From a virus: a stretch of 64,000 nt of DNA. The translations under genes were made by a program, and so were the position numbers. This document shows positions 37,550 to 46,705 of the stretch, piece after piece (positions within the stretch are counted from its first letter, which is position 1; each line of letters opens with the position of its first letter). The stretch is from IMG/VR virus record IMGVR_UViG_3300007987_000009. The stretch is one strand, 5' to 3'. The notes under the pieces were generated by a model. It saw only the letters and a program-made list of their open reading frames with translations. It did not search any database and was not told the origin of the DNA.

Positions 37550-38949
37550 ACAAGCGGTGTGTCTTTACCGTAATAACAGGGGGATACGACATAATACAAG
37601 AGCCCTCAATACTTACAAACGGATATGACTATATCTGTATAACCGATAACCCCAACATCATTTCTAAAAATTGGAAAATTCATCCAATATCCGACGAACA
37701 TATGAAAATAATTTGTCCTAAAAGAAGGGCAAACGCAGTAGCCATGAATTATCATGATTATTTGTCTGAGAACTATGAAATTTGCATTTATGTTGATGGG
37801 AATGTTAAGATCAAAAAAAATATGGAAGATTTCTTATCTGAATTCGGATTTGATGTTGAAACATACGATTTAATGTTACCAAACCACCCCGACCGTGCGT
37901 GTATATATCAAGAGGGTAGTGCTGTCATACGCCTGAAAAAAGATGACCCCACGGTTGTGGACCAACAAATGAGATCAATACGAAGGGAAGGTTATCCAGC
38001 CAACAACGGCCTCTATGAGACCCACCTAATGGTATTCAATAGAAATAGTAAAGCCTTGCGGGAATTCTTAGGTAAGTTATTTAGTACATATATGTCGATG
38101 CCAAGTAAACGAGACCAATTGGTATTCAATTATGTACTCTGGAAAAACAATACTGGTATAAGAGTTCTATCACACAAATCTCCCCACGGCAGTAGAGGGA
38201 AAGACCGCAGACCATACAACAATTATGTAGAAGTTATGGCCCATACACCAAACCATTCGAAAGAGAATGGAGATTTTATTATATTTGAAAACACCCCTTT
38301 TAGAATCGATAAGAATCTTATAAAAGCCTACAATGAGTTTATAGAGATGATGCCCGAAAACGGTTGGGCTCTCTTCAGGGATGCTGACACTTTGTTTTTG
38401 GACCCGTTCTACGGTGAAGTTTTTGAAAGAGCTATAAGAAACAACCCAGACGCCGGGTGTTTTACGTGTCTGACAAACAGAATAGGCAATGAAATTCAAC
38501 TACACGGAGAATATTCTGGTGATGACATAAAAATACATAGAGACATAGCACAAAAAATAAAAGAAGAGAATTACAATCAATATAGTGTTTTTCCTTTCAA
38601 CCCTCTTAAAAAAGAAGCTCTTAGTGGGATGGTCATACTCCTCAGTAAAAAATCTTGGAAATCTATAGGAGGTTTTAAAAAATCCACGATTCCAGTTAGA
38701 GCGAAAAATGTTAATTTAAACATTCTTGGTGTAGACAATCAATTGCACAAAGATTTGAATCAAAAACGGATACCATTAAAAATAATAAAAGAAATGTACG
38801 TATATCACTGGTATCGGGGGGGAGAAGAAGATAAAACACACTTGGAGACAAACTCAAAATACACACACAAGTCCGAGAATAAAACCCCAATCCAACCGAC
38901 TGTTCGCATTAATGCCAGAGATTTTTTAAATAAACGGGGACATAGATGA
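37546..38949 (+). CDS. Two-domain glycosyltransferase (DUF616-like + GT-A)
   Basis: VFTVITGGYD, YVDGN, HPDRACIYQEG, RDQLVFNY; second domain RDADTLF. Confidence 0.75.
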   Translation: MNKRCVFTVITGGYDIIQEPSILTNGYDYICITDNPNIISKNWKIHPISDEHMKIICPKRRANAVAMNYHDYLSENYEICIYVDGNVKIKKNMEDFLSEFGFDVETYDLMLPNHPDRACIYQEGSAVIRLKKDDPTVVDQQMRSIRREGYPANNGLYETHLMVFNRNSKALREFLGKLFSTYMSMPSKRDQLVFNYVLWKNNTGIRVLSHKSPHGSRGKDRRPYNNYVEVMAHTPNHSKENGDFIIFENTPFRIDKNLIKAYNEFIEMMPENGWALFRDADTLFLDPFYGEVFERAIRNNPDAGCFTCLTNRIGNEIQLHGEYSGDDIKIHRDIAQKIKEENYNQYSVFPFNPLKKEALSGMVILLSKKSWKSIGGFKKSTIPVRAKNVNLNILGVDNQLHKDLNQKRIPLKIIKEMYVYHWYRGGEEDKTHLETNSKYTHKSENKTPIQPTVRINARDFLNKRGHR

Positions 38950-39578
38950 CTTCAAAAACCGTTTTAATAACTCCGACCGGAGAGAGACCCGAAGCATTTT
39001 CCAAATGTGTTGAGCATATGTCGTCACAAGATTATAACGGTTCAGTGACATGGATTATAGTTGATGACGGACGCGAGCCCACGAATATACCAGAAGGGAT
39101 AAACGATTGGGAAATAGTTCACCTAAGACCCGAACCTTTTTGGGAACCCGGACAAAATACGCAAGCCAGAAATATATTAGCCGGTCTTGAATTCGTAGAA
39201 AATGATGATCGGGTGATCATCATCGAAGACGACGATTATTATGCGCCATGGTGGATACGCCAATGCAACATTTGGCTTAACAGCCATGATCTTGTGGGAG
39301 AAGCGCCCAGTTTATATCGTCATTTGAACGGTACAGAAAAAAAAATGAACAACACAACGCATGCTAGTCTCTGTTCTACAGGTATGAAAGGCTCTGGGGT
39401 TAATACCCTGAGAAGAGTTCTTCAAAGAACACCGAAATTAATTGATGTCAACTTATGGAGAAACCACGGGACAAAAACCAAAAAAATTTACCCATTCAAA
39501 GGTGGGGTGATAGGAATAAAAGGATATCCCGGCAGACCCGGAATAGGGGTGGGCCACAAGTTAAAAGACCACAGATAG
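38946..39578 (+). CDS. GT2-family glycosyltransferase
   Basis: ITPTGERPEAF, WIIVDDG, IIEDDDYY. Confidence 0.8.
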   Translation: MTSKTVLITPTGERPEAFSKCVEHMSSQDYNGSVTWIIVDDGREPTNIPEGINDWEIVHLRPEPFWEPGQNTQARNILAGLEFVENDDRVIIIEDDDYYAPWWIRQCNIWLNSHDLVGEAPSLYRHLNGTEKKMNNTTHASLCSTGMKGSGVNTLRRVLQRTPKLIDVNLWRNHGTKTKKIYPFKGGVIGIKGYPGRPGIGVGHKLKDHR

Positions 39579-39646
39579 CAATCCCAAACCTTGACATTAA
39601 CGAATATTTCATGTAGAATTTACACATACATTAAAGGAATATTATC

Positions 39647-40333
39647 ATGGATTTGGGTGACAGGATGAAAAGATACGAAAAATGCGTAAGCCCCCAGCTA
39701 ATTCCGAGGGTTCCTGTAATTATTCGCGTAGATGGAAGAGCGTTTCATACCTTTTTGAAGGGTTTTGAAAAGCCGTTTGATGCGGAATACATAACATCCA
39801 TGAAAGAATCTGCTCAAGTGGTGGCCTCTGAAATGCAAAATTTCAGAATAGCCTATATTCAATCAGACGAAGCAACATTCATGCTCCACAGTTCTGATCC
39901 AAGGAGCCAATTCTGGTTTGACAACAAACAGCAAAAAATGACTAGTATATCAGCAGCCTTAATGACTGCGAACTTTAATAGAATTCTTTCCACTCACAAA
40001 GGGAATTTGGAAAAATTAGCTGTGTTTGATGCTAGGGCTTTTAATGTCCCCGAGTCTGATGTGGTTAATATTTTTTTGTGGAGAGTAAAAGACTGGAAGA
40101 GAAACAGCTTACAGATGTACTGTAGAGCGCACTTCAGCCACAAGAAATTAATTGGTAAGAATACAGAGGCAATGAACAAAATGTTAAAAGATTCGGAAAT
40201 TACACCGTGGGAAAACTTACCTTCTAATTTGAGAAACGGTACATTTATTTTTCGAGACGGTTCTAAAACTTCGGATTTTGACCCCACTTACGAGGGTCTT
40301 ACAGATCTTTTTTGCAACAGAGGAGTTCTCTAA
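39647..40333 (+). CDS. Thg1-like (tRNA-His guanylyltransferase / 3'-5' polymerase) protein
   Basis: DRMKRYE, IIRVDGRAFHTF, YIQSDEAT, FDARAF, WR..D..RNS. Confidence 0.9.
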   Translation: MDLGDRMKRYEKCVSPQLIPRVPVIIRVDGRAFHTFLKGFEKPFDAEYITSMKESAQVVASEMQNFRIAYIQSDEATFMLHSSDPRSQFWFDNKQQKMTSISAALMTANFNRILSTHKGNLEKLAVFDARAFNVPESDVVNIFLWRVKDWKRNSLQMYCRAHFSHKKLIGKNTEAMNKMLKDSEITPWENLPSNLRNGTFIFRDGSKTSDFDPTYEGLTDLFCNRGVL

Positions 40334-40337
40334 GGAT

Positions 40338-40712
40338 ATGAAATTTTTCATGAGAGTCAAAACAAAATTGGATGAAAGGTACAATACAGAAGAAGTAATC
40401 CGATTGATAAATGGAGGCAACGAGATTCCAGTTACGATGGCGGGGGCCGTGGATAACACCAACCCCTTTGGGGTGAATCTAGCTAGAATCGTTGGAAATG
40501 TAGCATCCGGTTCTGCCGCCTTGACAGAAGATGGCCAACTAGAATACGATATCGAGGTATACGAATCACTTCCACTATCCAAGATTTTGCTAACTCTCAA
40601 AGAAGAAGAAGCAGACGACTGGATACCCCCGGTTTCCCTGTCTATGAAAGGAACCTTTGATGAAGATATTGTGGCGGTGGAAGAAATAATCTGCGTGGAC
40701 ATATCAGCATAA
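40338..40712 (+). CDS. Hypothetical protein
   Basis: ORF with AAGGA RBS. Confidence 0.5.
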   Translation: MKFFMRVKTKLDERYNTEEVIRLINGGNEIPVTMAGAVDNTNPFGVNLARIVGNVASGSAALTEDGQLEYDIEVYESLPLSKILLTLKEEEADDWIPPVSLSMKGTFDEDIVAVEEIICVDISA

Positions 40713-41250
40713 TGTAACCAAAATTCAAAGTAAAAACCAAAAAGGTGGAAGTTCTTAAAACAGAAGAAGCACGATTATACTGGAAGTGTTTCCCTTATTG
40801 GTTTTTGCCATCTAGTAAACAAGTTGTTTCAGAGAAAGCTTGTTGTTAAGTATCGTTTGAGTGAATATAAGTTGGAAGAAGAACAACCCTTGGAAGCCAT
40901 ACACCCCGTGGATATCCATAAGGAAATAACGAAAAGCATAAAGGAGTAAGAAAAAATGAGTGACAGGTTAGATGAGCCTCGCTTTACCGAAGATACTGGC
41001 ATATGGAAAGTAATGACTAAAGGCTATGAAGGAAGAGTTGTTATCGAAAGTAACGACTTTTCTTTTGATGCTCAGATGTTAATCACTGGCGACTTTGTTG
41101 ATTACAAAGAGCGTATTGAATATGCCCAGAAAATTTGTGATCGGCTAAATGCTACAATACCCGACAGTTCGTAAGATTAACTTTGTCGGTTGACACAGAT
41201 TCTGCTAACTGTTAAAATAGTATAATACAATTTATAGGCCAACACAAAAA

Positions 41251-41688
41251 ATGATTCTTATCACATTTATTGTACTATTAGTACTTTTTCAGACAAAACA
41301 CTTTTTGGTAGATTTTGTAATACAACTTCGAAGAAAGGATGGGATGGAGAAATTTAACCGAACGGGGTGGGTTTGGCCATTGGCGAAACATGCAGGAGAC
41401 CACGCAATATTTTCCGGGATCATAGCGGTTTCAACTCTTTGGTTTTTTGGGGTGGGTTTGCAAACCATTGTGCTGTGGACTGCAATATGCTTCTTCACTG
41501 ACTTTGCTATTCATTTCACGATGGATAGAATCAAAGCATCGCCCAATTTATGGGGGCGTTATAAAGATATGAACAATGCCCCTTATTGGATGTGCCTGGG
41601 ATTAGACCAAGCAGTACACCACTTGACACATTATGCGTTAATCGCTATGATAATCATTCAGACAGGAATTTTAAAATTACCGCAATAG
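41251..41688 (+). CDS. DUF3307-like membrane protein
   Basis: KHFLVDF, H..DH, HFTMD.IK, GLDQAVHH. Confidence 0.75.
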   Translation: MILITFIVLLVLFQTKHFLVDFVIQLRRKDGMEKFNRTGWVWPLAKHAGDHAIFSGIIAVSTLWFFGVGLQTIVLWTAICFFTDFAIHFTMDRIKASPNLWGRYKDMNNAPYWMCLGLDQAVHHLTHYALIAMIIIQTGILKLPQ

Positions 41689-42111
41689 TATTGAACTTAA
41701 CAAATGACGCAGCAATGGCACAGTATGGTAAAAAAGTGGGGATTCTTCTCCAAAGACTCGAAAAAGATAGAGCCATGCAGCTATACACCGGAAGCCTTCA
41801 GGGCGATCTGGAGAATCTACGAACAGCCATATACCGTGCTAGATTGGTAAAGGGAACGGTTTCAGTTGACATAGAATTGATAAGCAGAATAGAGTTAGCT
41901 CTGGTGGAATATATTGAAGAAGATCAAAACTAAAACACACCCCAATTCTTGTGATCGGTAGAATAATTACACCATTTATTTTTTCTTACGCTTATTGACA
42001 TTACCCCTTACGCGTGTTAGAATTTGTTTCTAGATTGCCCCACACAAGTGGAAATCCGGTTTCGGCTATCTCGTGGGGGTATAAAACTATGTTTAAGTTA
42101 CAGGGGAAGAA

Positions 42112-43437
42112 ATGAACACAAACATAACTTTAAAGCTGTTTCTGTCCATAGCCTTCAGTTTGCTATGGTTGTTATTTTCGCTATGGTTGGGCCAGTGGTG
42201 GATTCAAGATTTGGCAAATGATTTTGGTGCCGTGGGCGCATATGTCATATTTACCGGAATCGCGGGTATCCCCGGAACTGCCACCGCTTTCATTCTTGCG
42301 TCGATTTTCTTTAGAAGTACCGAAAACTATGATTTTTCGGTGGGTCAGCCGCGAGTTCCGGTAACAATTATCGTCGCAGCTTTTAACGAGGAGAGCAGAA
42401 TCTATAAAACTCTTTTGTCTATTAAAAGACAAAATTATTATGGTGGCATTAGGACAATTGTAGTAGATGATGGATCAGAAGACTCGACCACCCAAAAGGT
42501 ACGACGATTCATCTACAATTATCCAAATATGGATGTTCGATTGGTCCAACAAGAACAGAACCAAGGAAAAGCTTCCGCGTTGAATAAAGCATTGGAACAG
42601 GTGGACACCGAAATTATCATTACGCTGGACGCAGATTCTATCCTTGAACCATCTGCGGTCACTGCTTTGGTTTCACAGTTGGTCAATTCTTCTGAAAATG
42701 TTCGATCAGCCGCAGGTACTATTTTGGTCAAAAATTACAAAACCAGTATGTTAACCAAAATGCAACAGTGGGATTATTTCTTTGGAATCGGAATCGTGAA
42801 AAAAGCGCAGTCGTTGTATAACGGAACGCTAGTCGCACAGGGAGCATTTAGTGCTTACTACACCGAAACCGTGAGAGAAATTGGGGGGTGGCCAGAATTA
42901 ATAGGAGAAGATATTGTGCTTACGTGGGCCTTTAGAAGGCATGGGTATGATGTCAGCTATACAGATACAGCATTATGCTTTACGGACACCCCAACGAATT
43001 TCAGAGGATTTTTTAGCCAGCGTTCTAGATGGGCGATGGGGTTGATTCAAGCGTTTCGGACTCACCCTTCTACGATCTGGAAACTGAAGCACAACACTCC
43101 TTTCGTGTGGTATAATTTGACTTTTCCGTTTGTGGACTTTATGTACTTGTGTGTGTTTGTTCCCGGTGTTATAATGGCTTTGTTCTTTGGCTATTATGCC
43201 ATTGCAGGATTGTACACTATAGCCCTGATACCGTTGGGCCTTGTCGTTATGATCATGCATTTCAAGAGCCAGACCGGAAGTCTGGGAAGAGTTGGAATTG
43301 AACCGGGAAAGAACGCTAAAAATTGGTTGGGATTCGTCATGTTCTTCCTGTTTTATCAGGCAATACTTTCGTATTCTTCACTAATGGGATATTTGCAGTA
43401 TTTTTTCAAAAACGACAGAAAATGGAGCATAAAATGA
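42112..43437 (+). CDS. Processive membrane GT2 polysaccharide synthase (PgaC/IcaA/HAS-like)
   Basis: N- and C-terminal TM helices; VDDGS, GKASALN, DADS, GED, QRSRW. Confidence 0.88.
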   Translation: MNTNITLKLFLSIAFSLLWLLFSLWLGQWWIQDLANDFGAVGAYVIFTGIAGIPGTATAFILASIFFRSTENYDFSVGQPRVPVTIIVAAFNEESRIYKTLLSIKRQNYYGGIRTIVVDDGSEDSTTQKVRRFIYNYPNMDVRLVQQEQNQGKASALNKALEQVDTEIIITLDADSILEPSAVTALVSQLVNSSENVRSAAGTILVKNYKTSMLTKMQQWDYFFGIGIVKKAQSLYNGTLVAQGAFSAYYTETVREIGGWPELIGEDIVLTWAFRRHGYDVSYTDTALCFTDTPTNFRGFFSQRSRWAMGLIQAFRTHPSTIWKLKHNTPFVWYNLTFPFVDFMYLCVFVPGVIMALFFGYYAIAGLYTIALIPLGLVVMIMHFKSQTGSLGRVGIEPGKNAKNWLGFVMFFLFYQAILSYSSLMGYLQYFFKNDRKWSIK

Positions 43438-44303
43438 GAAAGGCTTTAGTAGTATTAGGACTGTTGTCAGTCATGACAACTGCGACGGCGGACAGTTACA
43501 CCGGAATAGAGACCACCGTGTTTGTGGACGAATTTTCACAATTTTATCGGGCAGATATAATTGCATACGGTAAAGAAAATTCTTCTGGATATCTAGTATT
43601 GGGTGGAATTACCGCAGTGGAATCTTTCGACGGAAACGGTACCTTTGACGGTGGTGGATTTATTGGAGTTGAAAAGTATTACAATGAACATGCAAGGTTG
43701 CGTAGTCGTTTGTATTACTACGAAGACAATGGACTTTTGGGGCAGGCCACACTCTTTGGTAAGACGTTCGTCAATAATGTGGCATATTACGGTCAATGTC
43801 AGAAGCAAGTCATAGATAATACTTGGGGCATCACAACTGGTACAACATATGTGGGTTGTGATGGAAGTCTGGAGTGGACCCTTGGGGATTTTGGGTTGGT
43901 TGCAGGTGCATATAGATTTGATTTCTCGGACGACAACCAAAGAGAAGGAAACTATTTTAAGGGATTTTATGACTTTGACGAGAATTTTCGTTTGAGTTTA
44001 AACTACCGTGATGACGGGTTCGCCCTTGACAGTGATGAGTATTTCAGCCCAGATGATTGGGAGCAGACTTATGCAATGGTTCATTGGAAAGAAGAAATTC
44101 TCGAAGGGTTCACCAATCACTTAGGTGTGGGCTACGGTGAAGAACGCATCGACGGATTCACCAGAAACCCGGTATACTTGGAATACAAAGTATTCTGGGA
44201 CACCGGTCCCCACAGCCTTTTTGGCGAAATAAAGGGTAGAATGTCAAGTGACTACAAGTTTATTTGGTCAACCGTAGGGTACAGATACCGTTGGTCCTCG
44301 TAG
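43434..44303 (+). CDS. Putative outer-membrane beta-barrel protein
   Basis: Signal peptide MRKALVVLGLLSVMTTATA; alternating aromatic strands; YFSP motif; C-terminal GYRYRW. Confidence 0.6.
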   Translation: MRKALVVLGLLSVMTTATADSYTGIETTVFVDEFSQFYRADIIAYGKENSSGYLVLGGITAVESFDGNGTFDGGGFIGVEKYYNEHARLRSRLYYYEDNGLLGQATLFGKTFVNNVAYYGQCQKQVIDNTWGITTGTTYVGCDGSLEWTLGDFGLVAGAYRFDFSDDNQREGNYFKGFYDFDENFRLSLNYRDDGFALDSDEYFSPDDWEQTYAMVHWKEEILEGFTNHLGVGYGEERIDGFTRNPVYLEYKVFWDTGPHSLFGEIKGRMSSDYKFIWSTVGYRYRWSS

Positions 44304-44370
44304 CTCAACTGGACAGAGCACAGTCCTCCTAAGACTGGGGTTGGGGGTTCGATTCCCTTCGAGGACACCA
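44294..44370 (+). tRNA. tRNA-Arg(CCT)
   Basis: Cloverleaf; loop CTCCTAA; CCA. Confidence 0.92.
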
Positions 44371-44680
44371 AATTTACTTAAAAAGAGGGTTGACAGACTT
44401 AGATATCTTTGGTATGATTAAACCATGAATAGAAAACAACAAACTCCAAAAGAAAAAGCCGCCAAGATGCGAGAGTCTCATCTCAAATATCTTGAAGAAA
44501 TTACAAGCTTGAACCAGCTTTCAGTTGGTGACGCCGTATTGGCTCTTTGTGAAAAGCAATTGCCCGATCCTTAAAATGTTGACCACTGTTATTGGGATTG
44601 GAAAATGGACTACACCATTAGGGTAGTGAGCCGAATTTCTACCTACGGCGGAATAACTAACATTAACTTGGTGGGGTTAG

Positions 44681-45115
44681 GTGACACTCACGGAAGAAAT
44701 AGCTATTCTTTTCGATGGGGATAACTACGATATTGCGAAACTGTATCGTGCGAATCCCTTTCACATCGCTTTGGGAATGACCAAAGAACTTTTAAAGAAA
44801 GGCTCGTGCAGTGGCAAAGACCTTATTATTACGCCAGAGATGCCGGGCGCAAACGATTGTGATAGCATTCTGCTTACCATTCTCCAGAAATATCTGGATA
44901 CCGTATTCGTAGAAATGGGCGGTTTCAAAGAGTTTGGTGATTCCGTAAACTTCCATAAAGCGTTTCGTTCGATGGGTGTTACGGGTATTGACATAATGGA
45001 CAGCATAGCTTGGGATGCCATACACGGTTCTGAGTTGTTCAATTATTTCTACAACAAATTCGTGTTGGGTCAATTTGAAGAATGGAAAAAAATGATCGAG
45101 GGGGAAAATCTATGA
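44681..45115 (+). CDS. Hypothetical protein
   Basis: ORF. Confidence 0.5.
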   Translation: MTLTEEIAILFDGDNYDIAKLYRANPFHIALGMTKELLKKGSCSGKDLIITPEMPGANDCDSILLTILQKYLDTVFVEMGGFKEFGDSVNFHKAFRSMGVTGIDIMDSIAWDAIHGSELFNYFYNKFVLGQFEEWKKMIEGENL

Positions 45116-45267
45116 GTAATATAAAACAGGTAATAAGTAAAATTTTGGTCGTGTTGGTAATAGCCTTGTCGTTACTTTGGTTTTCGGCTATCGACAATAG
45201 CCACGATCCGGGAACTTTGAAATCTGACTTCGATAAATATAATTTGAAATCCCGCAAATAGGATAAC

Positions 45268-45343
45268 GGCGATATAGCTCAGTTGGTAGAGCGGCAGACT
45301 CATATTCTGAAGGTCACAGGTTCGAACCCTGTTATCGCCACCA
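45268..45343 (+). tRNA. tRNA-Met/Ile2(CAT)
   Basis: Cloverleaf; loop CTCATAT; CCA. Confidence 0.9.
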
Positions 45344-45526
45344 AATAAAACGGTTTTTGTCGTATAAATAGAAGTGCATTCTCGCACCGAAGACGAAGTG
45401 CGGCAGGAATTTGAAGTTTGCATTGTATGCGTTGAAGCAGGGGTTTTCGCACTTTCGACCTGTGGAGTAAGCCTTGGTAATCCTAGGCCGTGTGGCTTCT
45501 AATTATGCGAGAACAGTAAACAGTAA

Positions 45527-45601
45527 GCAGCCATAGTGTTAGTGGTAGCACGATAGCTTGCCAAGCTATAAGGCGGGATTCGAATTCCCGTGGCTGCTCC
45601 A
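45527..45601 (+). tRNA. tRNA-Gly(GCC)
   Basis: Cloverleaf; loop TTGCCAA; TCCA. Confidence 0.9.
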
Positions 45602-45629
45602 TTATTGCCAATGTATAAAGAAAAATATT

Positions 45630-45839
45630 ATGTACGTTTGCGTTTGTAATGCCATTACCGAATCGGAGCTTATCAAAGAGGCAATACAATGCCCCTCTGC
45701 CCAGCATCTTATTGCCAAAACCGGGGCAAGTGGTTGTTGTGGGCAATGCCAAGAGATGGTAGAGGACATATATAATCGTTCCATGCCCAACAACTCCCAG
45801 ATTCCCATACCCTATAAAATATTTCAAACTTTCTCTTGA
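45630..45839 (+). CDS. bfd: Bacterioferritin-associated [2Fe-2S] ferredoxin-like
   Basis: MYVCVCNAITE..TGASGCCGQC. Confidence 0.8.
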   Translation: MYVCVCNAITESELIKEAIQCPSAQHLIAKTGASGCCGQCQEMVEDIYNRSMPNNSQIPIPYKIFQTFS

Positions 45840-45887
45840 CTATTAGAACCCTTTAAAGTAAAATCCATCCAATAAAGAGAAAGAAAA

Positions 45888-46412
45888 ATGGAAAAATGGG
45901 CAAAAATAATAGTGGACGTAGAGGCGGATGGTCCGTGTCCGGGAATTTATTCAATGATTTCATTCGGTGCGGTTGTTTTTGATAAAAATGGAAAGTTTGA
46001 TCAAACTTTCTACGGAAAGTTGCGTCCAATGACCGATTACTATATTGAGGAAGCATTAGCTGTATCCGGATTCACCAGAGAACAAGTAGAAACTTTTCCT
46101 GATCCAAAAGTTACGATGAAAGAATTTGAGGGGTGGATTAATGTTGTTTCCGATGGTAGACCATTCTTTTTGAGTGACAACAACGGATTCGATTGGCAGT
46201 TTATCAATTACTACTTTCACTACTATTTGGAATGCAATCCTTTTGGTCATTCTTCCACTAACATTGGAAGTCTTTACAAAGGTATGGAACGGTCAATGTT
46301 TGGCAACTTCAAGCATTTGCGAAAACCTAAACACACACATCACCCTGTAGATGACGCGAAAGGAAACGCAGAAGCTCTGTTAGCCATGAAAAAGATGGGA
46401 CTAAAAATTTGA
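45888..46412 (+). CDS. DEDDh 3'-5' exoribonuclease-like
   Basis: VDVEADGP, FDWQF, HTHHPVDDA. Confidence 0.85.
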   Translation: MEKWAKIIVDVEADGPCPGIYSMISFGAVVFDKNGKFDQTFYGKLRPMTDYYIEEALAVSGFTREQVETFPDPKVTMKEFEGWINVVSDGRPFFLSDNNGFDWQFINYYFHYYLECNPFGHSSTNIGSLYKGMERSMFGNFKHLRKPKHTHHPVDDAKGNAEALLAMKKMGLKI

Positions 46413-46699
46413 CATTCGAAGAACATGTGGAAAAATTAGGGGCTTTGGCCTTGACAATTTTCCCGTATCATGATACATTTAAACTGTATGAGACAGACAA
46501 GAATTTTTTTATGTCGGTTAAATATGATAGACCACCGAAATACAAGAATACATATCCTTCTGAACCAAAAGTTGAGTTTGGGGGAGAATTAAAATTTTTT
46601 AAAGAATTCGTGGATGATTCTTGCGAAATTTTTGTCGCACGGGGTGACAGTTTATCTGCTTTAGAAGAGCAGTTGGAATTATTAAAAGGAAAGAGGTAA
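46409..46699 (+). CDS. Hypothetical protein
   Basis: Coupled ORF. Confidence 0.45.
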   Translation: MTFEEHVEKLGALALTIFPYHDTFKLYETDKNFFMSVKYDRPPKYKNTYPSEPKVEFGGELKFFKEFVDDSCEIFVARGDSLSALEEQLELLKGKR

Positions 46700-46705
46700 T
46701 TTAAA

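Noticed and set aside
45379-45513. Retron msr-msd
   Set aside because: Terminal inverted repeat present but no adjacent reverse transcriptase.
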